A stretch of 64,000 nucleotides of DNA from assembly GCA_010093605.1 (NCBI GenBank), contig MU004200.1, positions 1 through 64,000 on the forward strand, read 5' to 3'. Each line of letters starts with the position of its first letter. Within the stretch, counting starts at the first letter, position 1. A program made the position numbers and the translations under genes. The stretch is from Lophium mytilinum (lineage: Eukaryota). Below the pieces are notes generated by a model, which saw only the letters and a program-made list of their open reading frames with translations, did not search any database and had not been told where the DNA came from. Positions 26,916-40,531 of this stretch are shown here, one piece after another.

Positions 26916-29264
26916 TCATCTTCCTTCCAACAAGTGCACATCGTCCACTCCCCAACCAAAATCTAAAATCACGACCCTGCCGTCCTGGCTCGTTGCCACG
27001 ACTCTGCGGTAGTCACTCTTGGCGCTTAGTATCCAACTCGTTGTCCAATCTTTGTAGGTGCCAAAGGTCTCACCGGAATCGTAGTGACTGATCCGGATGC
27101 TTTGGTCGTAGCTACCGCTTATGACACGGTTGTTGTGGGCATCTAGGAATAGTGATCGAACTAGACCGCCATGCCGTGAGGAGGTATGCAGGAGCTGGCC
27201 AGTTGTGGTGTCAAACTTGTACACCACATGATCGTTTCCGCCAGCCAGAACATATTTTGCGTCATCAGAGAATTCGACCGCTGCAAGGCCGCGGTCTTGG
27301 GATTTGAAGTCTTTAATGCAAGTGCCCGAATCAAGATTCCAGAGCTTGGCGATACCATCACCCGAGGCGGATACGAGAAGGTTCCCACGGAGCTGGACTG
27401 CGTTGACGGGACCCTGATGCCCGGTGAGCTCCTTGACATGCGTACCAGTCTGGCGATCCCAGACATTGATTGTTGCATCTTTAGAGCAGGAGATGATGTA
27501 TTTGTCGTCCAGACAAACATCTAGTACCCCAGCAGTATGACGGCGGAGTCGATATTTAGGAATGTAATCCTCTCCCGAGATATCCCACACAATGCATGTG
27601 TGATCGGAGGATCCAGTGACCATGATCTTGGAGTCAAATTGTAGACAAAGAATACTAGCTTCATGGTAATCAGTCGGGACACTATAGAGCTTCCGGCCCT
27701 CGGGAGTGCCGTTCACCGATCGAGGGTTCAGAACTGTATTCGCGTGAATGTCCAGAGGGGCCGAGCTGGACGCGACTGGCAAGTTCGCCGGGCCACCGAT
27801 CACTTTGAGACATTCAAAGGTTTTTAGATCCCACACACGGATAGTGCGATCACGTGAGCCAGTTATGATTTTGTTCCTGAAGGAAATATGTCAGATTAGA
27901 GTCTGAAAGAGGGCGAAGTGGGGCCCTTACTCGTCGAATTGGCAGCAATAAACCGAGTCGGTGTGCCCATTGAGATAGATCGCATTTGGAGTACCGGCTG
28001 CCCACCGACGTTCTAGCGTACAACGAACTTGATACATCTGTTTCCACTTCTGGCCCGGGTCAAATCTGCTACCGTTCTTTTTGCCGACGCCCGCTCCACC
28101 CATCATGATCGGCGTTGGTGAGACGTGATTTTCCAGCTCGAACCTACGCAGAAATACGGCGCGCCACGCATATGTCGATGAGGCAGCGGCCCGCCATGCT
28201 TTTGATAGGACCTCGGTTTGTGCTAATGTGGCGGCGGTCAGATTGGAGAGTATCATTGTGGACAGCTCAGCAGGAAGATACTGGATGGGATCTGTTGTTG
28301 TTAGGATATAGCGACCCGAAGCGCGTACTTTTAACATACCGTGTCTTGTTTCAATCGGGTATTCTCGTCCCTCAATAGGCGAGGAGCAGGTCATACCAAC
28401 GCCGCTTTCATTGTCTCTTGACACGTCGTCTCCGGCCGTGTACATGTCCCCATCAGACAAGAACTTCGCAGTCACTTCAGCATCCCGTCGCGCCTGTTTC
28501 GACAAGCTCAGGCGCTCATTCTGAGCCGCTGCTGCAGCGCGTGCTGCAGAGCCTCGAGAGGAATCAGTGGGGATGAAAGGCGGGCCCGCGTAATTTGTCG
28601 GCATGGGTGGAGGCCCAGGATTGTATCGAGCGGCATCTCCTGCAGGTCCTGAAGTAGCTTGCCGGCGGTACCGCATACTTCCAAAGCGCCGGGTCAATCG
28701 AGAGCCGCTCTGCGTTTGGGATTGGGGCATCAAGCAGCATGTCGCTGAGACGTCGAGCATTTCCGAGTCGTGGCTGCTCCGGCGAAATTTACTCATCGCT
28801 GAGTCTGCAGAGTCTCCTAGTTCCGAGGGCGGCGGCCGCTTCTTGGAAGATGAAGAAAGCCGGCGGTACATCTGCTTTACGCTCGAAAAGACTGTCGGGT
28901 GTGTGCTGTCGAAGTCCACAATTGTTCGGTCCTCGCTCACACGCTCCAATTGTGGCCCTACGTCCTTCGCATCTGTATAGGTAGAGAAGGTCTGCGAGGC
29001 GGTCTTCTTCAAAACTGGCGCAGCGCGTTGAGATGCCAGGCCGTCGTCGGCGGCTGAAGACGTCTTCGGTCGGTGAGAGAGGAACGACTTTGCGCGCTGC
29101 GTGGGCATCCTCGGTCGCGGGAGCAGTGGGCAGTTGGCGCCAGCAGTTCGCGACGAACCCAGGAAGGTGGAATGAGTTTGATGGCTACAGTGGCGCGACG
29201 GTAGTGCCGGGGGCGAGACTGAAGAGCGACAGAGGGAGGAAGACGAGGACGAAGGAACGAGCAC
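26916..29264 (-). CDS. F-box/WD40 SCF substrate adaptor (beta-TrCP/FWD-1-like); start may be 29108
   Basis: DPIQYLPAELSTMIL F-box, GHTDSVYCCQFDE, IITGSRD, multiple GH..WD repeats; introns near 28290-28340 and 27880-27930. Confidence 0.88.
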
Positions 29265-29792
29265 TCGAGGTCCACAAGTGTGAGCAAGGTGAGGGTGGTC
29301 CCGGGAAACGACTGGTAATAGAGATTGACGATACGCAGATATATGTAAAGATTGAACAGCCCGGTAGTGGGAGCGGAACGAGGGAGGGCGGTGGCGACGG
29401 GCAACGAGAACGAGGGTTGTTTGGGGAGGATGATGGGGATGAAGACTTGGCCTAAGGGCCCATCCTTAGTGATCTGGAGATGGCCCGCCGGGTGCGCTTG
29501 CCCGTTCTAGGCCAAGTGCCGCATCACTCGAACTTCGCAGGCTTCGAATCCGCTTCCAACAGGCCTGGCCATTGCAGCCTCGCACCGCGCATGCAGCCGG
29601 TCGCCCTAGGCCCCTGGGAACGACGACGACCTGACGACGAGCGAGCCGGCAAGCCCGGAGCCCTGACATCGGCATCCCGTGGGTGCAGCATCGACTCGTC
29701 TTGCCACCGCTGCACGCCGCTCGCGCCGTAAGAGCCACAGAGCCTCCTCTCTCGTCGACGCCGGCTCACCTGCGTCACAGTCAGTCCACAGC

Positions 29793-30275
29793 ATGTCTTC
29801 TCCAATCCCCGCGCCGTACCGCGTCTTCCTGCTCTATGTGGAGCCGGCGTCGACGTTGCTGGGCGCTTTCTTCGCCCACTGCCGCCAACACCAGTATCTC
29901 GCGCTGACACACGCTCGCTCTGCGCCCGCCAACGACAGCACCCTGCCTGCAGGAACTGCGGTCGCCCTCTCCCAGCTGGCCAACCTCTATGTTCTTTTCG
30001 CTCTGAACGAGGTCTTCGTCTTGCGCAGCACTCGTGACCTGCGAGTGTGGAGGGCTCTTGTCTGGGGCTTGCTGCTTGCAGATTTGGGCCACCTTTATAG
30101 CCTGGTGCCTCTAGGTCTTGACGTCTACTGGAAGTTCTGGGCCTGGAATTCCATTGACTGGGGAAACGTTGGATTTGTCTACTTGGGCGCTGCTACGCGG
30201 ATGTGTTTCCTCTACGGCATCGGTCTGGGCCATGCTGAAGCACGTGGTCGTGATGCCATAGTCAAGATCCAGTGA
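29793..30275 (+). CDS. Small multi-pass membrane protein of unknown function (160 aa)
   Basis: ATG at 29793 (MSSPIPAPYRVFLLYVEP); four hydrophobic segments; ADLGHLY and WNSIDWGNVGF motifs. Confidence 0.8.
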   Translation: MSSPIPAPYRVFLLYVEPASTLLGAFFAHCRQHQYLALTHARSAPANDSTLPAGTAVALSQLANLYVLFALNEVFVLRSTRDLRVWRALVWGLLLADLGHLYSLVPLGLDVYWKFWAWNSIDWGNVGFVYLGAATRMCFLYGIGLGHAEARGRDAIVKIQ

Positions 30276-30430
30276 CGACGATTATGGAGATGTCTGATGT
30301 CTCTCTCTCGCATGAGCGCTAGCAGTCGCTGCACTTCCTACCATGATCAGGATCCAGTGACGACGATTATGGGGACGCCCGATGTGCTCTCTCTCTTTCG
30401 CAGGAGTACCAGCAGCCGGTATGCTATTCC
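30263..30430 (+). repeat. Diverged ~85-bp tandem duplication covering the stop codon and 3' UTR
   Basis: gatccagtgacgacgattatgg at ~30266 and ~30351, with continuing similarity. Confidence 0.8.
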
Positions 30431-31651
30431 TGACGCACCGCAAAATAATTGCCCGCACACTCCAGACAAAGCTTAACAAATAAGAAAAGACGAACGTTAG
30501 GCACTGTTGATGTACGCATGTCACAATGTCGTCCTTCGACGTTAATGTAGGCATGTCGCTCTTCTATGCACAGCGAATAGCCGAAGGAAATCTCGCAATG
30601 GACCAAGTGGATGGACGTTTACGGGGGACCTGGCCTGGGGACGCCAAGCTGTCACATTATACCGGGGACCACCCCTCGTGCCGACATGTGAATGCCTACA
30701 CCACTTTCCTGAGCCAGCTGAAGGACCTCCAGTCTCGCTGCCCCAAATCTGGCCTCAATTTACCTTGTTGAATCGACTTGAAACCCCCAGCCTGGAAGAT
30801 CTGATTACTCTAGCTACGAACACAAATGCACAATTTCTTACCAAGTCCATGCATATGGAATTACCACACAAACGAGATGAGACAGACGTTGTAACTAGAT
30901 GCATTGGGGCCCTTAGAGCGAGTAAAGAGGACTTCTCTCGCCTCAGGCCACTATAGAGTGGGTGTAAGTAGCAACCAGCGATGTAGACGAGCTGAGAGCG
31001 AGGGGATTCAAGATTGTAGCAGGTTGCAATAAGCTGGCTGCAAGTAGTAGCAAAAATAACGTGCTCTTTATTCCTAGTGTGTTATCTGCCACTCTCTTCT
31101 ATCTGGTACCTAATATAGACATGTATGTTACGACACGCCGCCATATAGACTATTATTACGTAGATAATTAAAAGGTAGATTACCTTCTCTAAGTACAACT
31201 TTAAGGTTATATACTTAGATGTTTTTAGATTAAAAGGGTATAAGTATCTATATACCCCCTATTTATAATATATATACGCCCTCTCTTTTTAGTAGTTATA
31301 TAGTATCTTCTTAAATCTTCTAACTAGCTACTATAACTTAATACTATATTTAGAGCTTTAGTAGCCGGCCGCTAAGCTTAAAGAAATAATAAGATACTAG
31401 GGAAAAAGAGAAAACTATAGAAGGTAGTATAGAGGTAAAATAGTACTTACTTTTACTCTTAGCTTTAGTATTATACTAAAAGACTAAGAGATAAAAAGCT
31501 TATATACTAGCTTATAGTATTAGATTAAAAAGCGTAATATAAGAAGAAGATTAATAAATAGTATATATAGGTAGTAATAGATAGGCCTAGATTTATTATA
31601 GAAGAGCTATATTAGAGTATAGTTTTAATAATATTAGTAAACTACTAGGCT

Positions 31652-31688
<37 letters not shown>

Positions 31689-31715
31689 TATTAAAGGTAG
31701 AGAGTTAATATAAGA

Positions 31716-31759
<44 letters not shown>

Positions 31760-31974
31760 ATATAATATTACTTAAGTTCTATTCTATATTAATAGCAATA
31801 AGGTTATATATATATATAGTATTTCATGCATTATAAAACGTTTCTCTAACGTTCTTATAACGTTATCTAATATTTATTATATTACATTTAAACGCTTATA
31901 GTTTTATCCTATTTAAAGGCTTTTAAGCCTATTATATACAAGTATATAACGCTTATAATAATGTAAACCTTATA
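31689..31974 (-). repeat. Solo Copia LTR, TSD tagtg/tagta
   Basis: Reverse complement of the 11034-11290 family with expanded (ATAG)n. Confidence 0.85.
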
Positions 31975-32271
31975 TAGTATAATATAATAGCTTATATATA
32001 ACTATAGAGAATATAAAATAGATATAATAAAATAGCTATACTAGATAGCCTTATATAGACTCTTATATATAGTAAAGACTATATAAAAAGATAGAGCTAT
32101 AGATAGAGCTCTACGCTATTCTAGCCTATTAGAGAATTAGATAAAGGCGGGTATATATAGATACTAATACCCTATAAGTATAGCTAAAGGATATTAGATT
32201 AGTTTAATTTTTTTTTCTTATTACTACTTAAAAGATAGAGTCTTTATAAAGTAGTTATAGAAACTCTTTAC

Positions 32272-32308
<37 letters not shown>

Positions 32309-32480
32309 TCTTCTATCTATTCTTCTATCTAATCTTATATCTATTCTTCTATCTATTCTTCTCTCTATTTATCTACCTATTTATCTATATAATAGAGAGT
32401 ATATAAGCCTATTTCATTCACTAGAGCTACCTATACTAACTTATTTACTTAATATAAGCTTTTAGAGCTACTAAGCTAGC

Positions 32481-32741
32481 TATAAGGATTATAATAGTAT
32501 AAGCGTTATATTCTTATACATAATAGGCTTAAAAGCCTTTAAACGGGATAAAACTGTAAGCGTTTAAACGTAATACAATAAACGTTAGATAACGTTATAA
32601 GAATATTAGAGAAACGTTTTATAATGCATTAAATGCTATATATATACTCCATTACTATTAATATAGAATAAAACTTAAGTAATATAACTTCTATCTATCT
32701 ATCTATCTATCTGTTCTCCTATTAACTCTATACCTTTAAGA
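32481..32741 (+). repeat. Solo Copia LTR, TSD CTAGC
   Basis: ctagc at 32476-32480 and 32742-32746; LTR sequence similarity. Confidence 0.9.
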
Positions 32742-32927
32742 CTAGCTACTCTATAGATTAAATAAAGTAAATATAGAGAGTAAAAAGAGGGTATAGGTTA
32801 AGAGTCTATAGGGTATATAATTATAAGTTTTTTAAAATATATTATAGTAGATAGTATTATAAAAAGGAACTAGAAAAGGTTATCTAAAAAGGTTATATAA
32901 AGGGCTAAATTTTATAGTATAGCTTCT

Positions 32928-33202
32928 TTTTAAAGGTATAGAGCTAGTATATAATTAGATAGATAGATAGATAGATAGATAGAAAGATAGAAATTATATT
33001 ACTTAACTTCTATTCTATACTAATAGTAATAGAGTTATATAAGTACACTATTTAATACATTATTAAACGCTTCTTTAATATTCTTCTAATATTATCTAAT
33101 ATTTATTATATTATATTTAAATGCTTATAGCTTTATTCTATCTAAAGCTTTTAAGCCTACTATATATAAGAATATAATACTTATACTATTATAAAACTTA
33201 CA
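32928..33202 (-). repeat. Solo Copia LTR (heavily RIP'd), imperfect TSD cttct/cttat
   Basis: Similarity to the family; ends ...cttaca. Confidence 0.75.
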
Positions 33203-34180
33203 CTTATCTATCTCTTTATATATATAATAAAGCTATATAAGATAGTTTTTAGTAGTATAAATACTACTTATACTAGCCCCTACTTACTCTATATATACTC
33301 TTTTTCCCCTCTATAGACTATTACTTTACTACTTTATATTTCTTTTTAACTACTATTATAAAGTTTTATATCTTGCATATTTAAGTAATCTACTCTATCT
33401 AAATACTTTTTCTTAATACTCTCTCTAAGTACTTCTCTATATATAGCTAAAGGTTAAGTAATTATATTTATTAACTCTATAGTATACTTTTTTTTAGCTC
33501 TCTAATAACTTATTTTAGAGAGCTTAGAAACTATATTTTTAATATATAAAGTAGTAGAGCTAGATTATACTAGCTTCTAGTATTTATTAAAAAAAGTTAA
33601 GTAGTATATAGAGTTATATACTTTTTAAATAGTAATAAGTAGTAATAGAGAAATAGATATATTTTAAGTAATACCTAATAAGCTTATAAAGGTAGGTTTA
33701 GATAGTTTAGTATTATTATAGGCTTATAAATAAGTATATAGTATATAGTAAAAAGAATAAAGTATATATAGCTATAAAAATTAGAAAGACTATAGAGTAA
33801 GATAAAGAGGCTATATTTAGCTTTATATATACCAGCCGAGACCCGTCTTAAGCAACTAATACCTACTCCTTAAAGACATACCCTCTCCTACCGCACAACT
33901 TCCTCCCTAACCTTAACCCTCTTCCCATCCCCCTAGAAACTAGGCGCTCCACGGCAGGCTACGTGTTTAACGTTAGCAGCGGTGCCCTAAGCTGTGTATT
34001 TACTAAACGGCAACCTATTTTTCTTGCGCCAAGGGAATTGATTTAATAAATGGAGCTAAGGATTTCCGAGGTTTAGACTCGCTAAGCAAGCTATCTGTAC
34101 TCGGCCTAGCGCACGCCAAAGTATTATGACTTCCAGATACACGAAATGTGTAACAATCAGATCCTCGACGTACGACAACC

Positions 34181-35796
34181 ATGTCCTCAGACCTGTTTGC
34201 TGCTTTCGCCCCCCAGTCTGTATCAGACACGTCGTCGTCTACATTGGACGCAGACCGGATAGCGGCTTCAGGTTCGCACCCTCCTCCGCAGTCATCGCAG
34301 CCCTTTAGTTTCTTCGACGGTTTGGGCTCCCCAGTGGCGGGAAGGGGCATCAGCCAGAGCCAGACAGGCCTCAATATTTCTAAAGATAGCTTGGCTTGGT
34401 CTTCGTTGGACACAAGTCGACAAAAAGATGTTACCGAAGACGCAGACGATTGGGGCGACTTTGAGGGTGCTCCTGACTTGCAACCTACAGCTGCTACGGC
34501 CGCCGGGCCTGGCCCCCATGGCTCCGGATTAACAGAGAGCACTCAGCCTTTAGCAGCACCCATTGTGCAGAAGGTCCACGTAGTGACAGCAAGATCGGGA
34601 CAGGCTGTTGGCGTTCCAGACGTCCACGGCTTTCCGTTAGCAGTCACGTCCCGAGCAGGCTCCCAAAAACCTACCCGAGCAGAGCCTGTGCAGTCCTTCA
34701 GGAATCAAGATTCATCTGGACGCGAGACCAGTGTTTTGTTTGACGCCACAGAGCTTGAGGCCGTAGATGATGATTTTGGCGACTTTGAGACGCCAACCAT
34801 CCTCCCCCATAGTACAGGATCCGCTGACGCGAGGGTTAAGCCGTTGTCGAGTCAAGCAAGCAAGCCAATCTCAACAGCTATCTTGAATACGCCGCCTGCC
34901 TCTTTCAAACCGATACCTCAGCCCCAGCCCACCGAGCAAGAAACCGAGTCCTGGGACGAATTTGCTGAGTGGGATGAAAACTCTCCCCAGGCGGCAAATA
35001 ATGATACCGACCACACAACGGACGCTCCTGTTCTAACTCTTCCGTCTATGATGCCATCTTCTAACTCGACCTCGTCTGATCACGAACCGCCGCCTACAAA
35101 CATCCCACCACCTGGGGTGCTTCTTGGTCTTTTCCCATTGCTATTCTCCGGAGCGCAAACCCAGCTGTTCAAACCCATGGCTGCGCAGACGTACCAAATG
35201 AAGAACAGAATCTTGGCAGATGACACCACTGTAGGTTTTCTTCAAGGTTATCTTACGATAGCTACGGTAGCTGCTCGCGTTATTGCTGGCCGAAAACTAC
35301 GCTGGAAACGTGACGCGCATCTCGCTCAAGGAATGAGAGTGGGACCGGCGTCGTCGCGAGCTACATCAGGGATGAAGCTGACAGGCATCGACAAAAGCGA
35401 GATGAACAAAGAAGAAAGAGAAGTGCTGGACGTTGTTCGGGCGTGGAAGGATCAGGTAGGGCGGCTCAGATCAGCAGTTGCAGCCGCTAATGCTATCAAA
35501 CCGGGCTGTTTAGGACCTGTTCCAGACATTCAAGAAGCAATGCCTGTGAAGCTGCTGAGCGAAGCTGATGGGGGTGTGCCAGCCCCCAGACAATGTGCCC
35601 TGTGTGGCCTCAAGCGCGAAGAACGTGTCGCCAAGGTAGATACTGCTGTAGAGGACAGCTTCGGGGAGTGGTGGGTAGAGCAGACGCGAATGCATCGGGG
35701 TAAGAAACCGTCCTCAACTCAGGGGATGGATGGTTGACACAAGCAGCATGCAAGAACTTCTGGGAGAAGAACAAGGACGCTCTCCGCCAACGCTGA
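34181..35796 (+). CDS. Conserved fungal hypothetical protein with acidic [FW]GDF motifs and a Cys/His-containing C-terminus (intron 35700-35746)
   Basis: 518-aa ORF plus spliced tail ACKNFWEKNKDALRQR*; DDWGDF, DDFGDF, CALCGLKREE..DSFGEWW..HRAC. Confidence 0.8.
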
Positions 35797-36867
35797 ACCT
35801 TCAGTGCTGGATACACGAGGCCAGTCACAGAGGCTCCTCGTGGAGCAGTCTACGTTCCCGGGCCTTCCTATCTGCTCGCGGCGGAGGCGAAACGAGATGC
35901 CTCGTACGCTGGACTCTGCAGGAAAAGTGCTACGCCACTGATGTTTTCAGCCGTACTGCGAGACAAGGCAAAAGAAGTCAGGCAGGGTCCAAATGGCGGG
36001 GTTAATTGCGAGCACGCAGTGCTACTTGGCGGCCGTTTCGCTGCGTGAGATGTCCGCGCAGGTGCGCGGCAGGTTGCTGGATTTGCGGGCTGCTGGGCAA
36101 CATATCGAGATCAATTAGACATACTATTTCGGCGTGCCCGTGATTCTGCTGTTTTGCGAACCGTGGAAGGAGCCGACTTCGAGACTCGGCCTGATTGCCC
36201 CGCGCCACAGGGCCAGCAGAGTCGACCACGTCGGGCGGTCGAGCGTTGAATATCTGCGCCGCTGACTACTACTTACTCTCTATCCGACAAGTACAACACC
36301 ACATGAAGTCGCCGCAGCCCAGCTGCCCCTCGAATCAAGACGACCACGCTGCCTACCTGGAGACGTGACTGCGTTCTGTTCGTCCCTCGCCGACCCCAGC
36401 AGCTTCACCCCCTCCTCATCCCGCCAGGCCGCTCTCTGTCGCTGCTTTCTCCGCCCTCTCAACACTCTCTCGGGCACCGCTGGGAGCCCCGACCCTCGGG
36501 CATCGTCCCTAACCAGCACCTCACTGCTCTTGACCCCTGCGCTCAACCTCCGAAACCCTTCGCCGCCCCTCCTCGTGACCACCGAGTGACCAAAGACCGC
36601 TCCTCCGCCCCGGCACGCGCTGGCCTCCGTCAGCTTCCCCATGGTAATGAGCAGGCCAAATGATCATGGTGAGCCCTTTCGACTTCCTAGCCGATAAGCC
36701 ATACCTGCTGCTCGATGCCCCCGACGACCTGCAAAAGAAACACCGTATCCACCCGGGCGTGCCATTCCTACCGGGCCATTGTTATCGCCCATCGATGAGT
36801 GCGACTGTGGTCACCAAATGGCAGCATAGTTTTCCACACATTACTCCCAGAGACTAAAATCGAGTCA

Positions 36868-39800
36868 ATGGCTAACCATTCTACGCCTCCAGGCCCGCAA
36901 AATCATGACTCTCAACCAGCCTCGCACCCTCCGCAGCGCTTCGTCACGAACGAGATCATCCTCCCCAAGAATAAGAGCACCAGCAATCTCCTGTCACATG
37001 CCTCGGGCTCCGGAATCACCATAGATACGTTGCGGCCTCGAATGTCATTCGATGCAGGATCATCAGATAAAGTAGCGAGGTAGGCTCATGTTCGGTCCAC
37101 AGCTCTGCGGCTAGAACAAGTCCCATAGCTGCGAAAGGCATTGCGCTAACAGTGCGGATTGAGTAGGTCCCCAATTGTCCCGGAACACGAGCATGGCCTT
37201 GGGGCGTCCGGTCTCCGAAGAATACGCCAGCAACCTTTACCTCGCCCACTATCTGGACATAACTTCGGTGCGCAGCCGAGATCTGCGTCGTTGAGCCTCG
37301 CACTCCCAAGATCGCGAAACCCATCAGCGTCTCTACAATCTGGTTCTGCATCACCTACCCTCAACTTCAGTGAAGATCTGTCTCGGTTTCCATCTGAGTC
37401 TTTACACTCCTTCTCATTCGCTCATCAGTCAGAAGAGTTCATACACAGTCGGCAAAATGTCCTGAAACGGTCCATAGATTTTATGCGGGATAGGCTAGGT
37501 TGGGCGGCAAGTAACCCTGGATTAGCCAATGCTCAAGCTAAGTTGAGTGGCGACCAAGAAGTTCAGAGCATGATGGAACTACTCACTAGAGCGAATTTGA
37601 TAGGGCAAGATGCGTCCCGGGCGTACGGTTTAGGCTCCAAGGGACCCCTTACTGGACCACCAGACATGTCTGGCGAGAATATCTTCGACAAAAGCTTCTT
37701 GCCAAGGTCTGAGAGCCCGGACAGCTTTGGCGATGACATTTCTCCTAGGGCCGAAAGAATCCCAGAATCGACCCGAGAACTCGGACTCTTGCCATCTGAA
37801 ACTCCAAATCCAATACTATCCAAGCCTGTAGAGACGGCTGATCTTTCCGGAAACCAGACTTTTGGAACTTCAGACATGGTGGAATCGCCTCCTCCGCCAT
37901 TGCTATCCCCTCGAGCTGCGCTGAAACGAACACTCACAGACACCGCTTCACTCACGATTCAAAGCCAGCTGAACGACGCTTTGGCACAGCCCTACCTGAT
38001 CAGCGACCAAGGATCCAACAATCATCTTACGTCACCCACAGGTGTTCCCCAGACATCCCACCCAAACATGTCGGGGCCGCATAGTGCAGGGCCTGCGCCA
38101 CACGGACATGGAAGCCGGTGGGCTCCTGCGGCCCAAGCCATATTTACCACCGAGGCTCAGGCCCCCTGGACAATCACCGCCGCGAATGACCTAGCATGCC
38201 TAGTATTCGGGGTAACCAGAGCCGAGGTACGAAAGCTGGGAATCTTAGAAGTGGTAAGAGAAGAGCGGAGAAAATGGTTAGAGGATAAGCTAAAGAATCC
38301 GGAATCCGGATCAAAGTCATCACGAGAGCCTTATAGCCAAAGCCAGCGCACGAGTCCAACTCCGACGACTTCTTTGAATGTTGGCAATGGTGTGACCGCA
38401 AAGTTACTCAGCAAACCTCCTTCGCGGCAACTTCAGCAGAGCAGGAGATCTAAGACCGATGATGGCAGTGGCGCGACTTTTGCATCGAAAAAGAATGTTA
38501 AAGGAGGTCTGAACCATGCCTCAAAGGGGTCGAGGGGTGTTCTGCTATGTGGCGACGTGGTTCCGATTCAAAAACGCAATGGTGCTCTTGGATCAGCTAG
38601 TCTGTGGGTGAAAGAGAAGCGCGGTGGCCTAATATGGGTCTTGGAAGAGATTGCTGAAGACGTTGTCTATGTCAGCGTAGATGAGGTGGGGTGCGTGACG
38701 ACAGGGCAAGGAGCCGTGGAGGCCGTTTGGGGAACGGAAAGGTTGCGAAGAGGCATGGACATCAAGAGACTGATCCCAGCGATACCAAGACTTGCAGGAA
38801 CCAACACAGGTGCACTGGACTACCAAAAGATCGCTGAAGTTAGAACGTTCACGGCCAGGACCTCCAACAGCATCAACATACCAGTCACTGTGGAACAGCT
38901 TTCTGGCGAACCGACCTTTAGAGTTTCAAGCTTTCCGCACATTGCCGGCATCATAGTTCTCTCTGCGTCGAGCCTAGCAGTGACAAGCTCCAATACAGTC
39001 TTCTCATCTGCTTTGTTCGGCCAACCGAATCCGGATGGACTTAACATTACGCAGCTAATCCCTGGCTTCGATCGGATCCTGCATGTCATGACCGACGAGG
39101 ACAAGATAGAGTTGGTGGATGGAATAGTGATTCCGGAACACAGTTTCCGTCGTGCCAGAGCTCTTTTGGCCATGAGAGAAGGCAAAGCAGATGCTGCTGC
39201 TGTGTTCCTTCGACCCAGTGGTCTCCCAGCACAGCACTCGGATGGTGCAGAGATCATGATTGACGTACAAATGAGGGTTGTCAAGAGCGAGAAGTCGAAC
39301 ATACGTTATGGCGACCATGTCATCACAGAAGAAGCCGAATCACACGAGATCTCGCCGTCGCCAGAATTAGTCTATGCCCTGTGGGTCACGTATTCTAGGC
39401 ATTTACACGCAACAAACCACGGTATTGGCCCGGTCACGCCCCTCATATCTCGGCCTGGAACTCCACCACGCCAGCCTTCCCCTGGACAACCTTTGAGCGC
39501 CGTGAGCCCCCAAGACATGGACCTGGACGAATCCAAGCATGACTCAGCCCATGTGTCACTGCTGACAAAGCAATTCCAGGAAGCAATGAAACCGCCAGTA
39601 TTTATGACGTCCAAGGACAAGGACATTTCCGAAAGCGTCGAGACTACAGAACCCCCGACGAAGAAAACTATCAACGACTTCGTTGTCTTGGAAGACATGG
39701 GCCAAGGTGCTTACGGACAAGTCAAACTGTGCCGATACAAGAAGAACAGTAGTAAAAAGGTGGTCATCAAGTATGTGACGAAACGTCGCATTCTTGTTGA

Positions 39801-40531
39801 TACCTGGACGAGAGATCGGCGGCTCGGAACGGTGCCTCTTGAGATTCATGTTTTGGATTATCTGCGACGAGAGGACTTCAAGCATCCGAATATCGTCGAA
39901 ATGTCGGACTTCTTCGAGGACGATATCAACTACTATATAGAGATGGTACCCCACGGTCTCCCCGGCATGGACCTCTTCGACTATATCGAGCTGCGAGTCA
40001 ATATGGATGAGGATGAGTGTCGGCAAATATTTGTGCAGGTCGCCGAGGCTATTCACCACTTGCACACGAAAGCAAAAGTAGTCCATCGCGATATCAAAGA
40101 CGAGAACGTCATCCTCGATGGGGAAGGCAATATCAAGCTAATCGATTTTGGAAGTGCGGCATATATTAAGAATGGACCCTTTGATGTTTTCGTTGGAACC
40201 ATAGGTTAGTGCCACGACTGCGATAACCAATGTCAATCGAGCCATGCCCTAACATTCTATAGATTATGCCGCTCCTGAGGTCCTCGCTGGCAAGTCATAC
40301 CGCGGCAAAGAACAAGATGTCTGGGCACTTGGCATTCTGCTCTACACCATCGTCTACAAGGAGAACCCCTTCTACAGCATCGACGAGATCATGGATCACG
40401 ATCTGCGGGTTCCGTACATTATGAGTGAGGAAAGTATCGAACTGATCAGGTTGATGCTAAATCGCGATGTCGATAAGCGCATCACCATCACTCAAGTACT
40501 GGAGCACCCATGGTGTAAATTAGGTGTTTAA
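36868..40531 (+). CDS. PSK1: PAS-domain serine/threonine protein kinase (Psk1/Psk2-like)
   Basis: GQGAYGQV, ILVDTWTRDRRLGTVPLEIHVL, HRDIKDEN, DFG, GTIDYAAPE after intron 40205-40262; PAS-like WTITAANDLACLVFG; first exon and start less certain. Confidence 0.9.

Larger units (their letters stand above)
31130..33830. mobile_element. AT-rich RIP island with TE relics, three solo LTRs and (TA)n/(ATAG)n
   Basis: Composition, absence of ORFs, LTR copies. Confidence 0.85.

Noticed and set aside
30526..31115. Possible retroelement 3' end with a short LTR (tgtaag at 30963 to taata at 31115)
   Set aside because: No second copy, TSD or convincing pol motif
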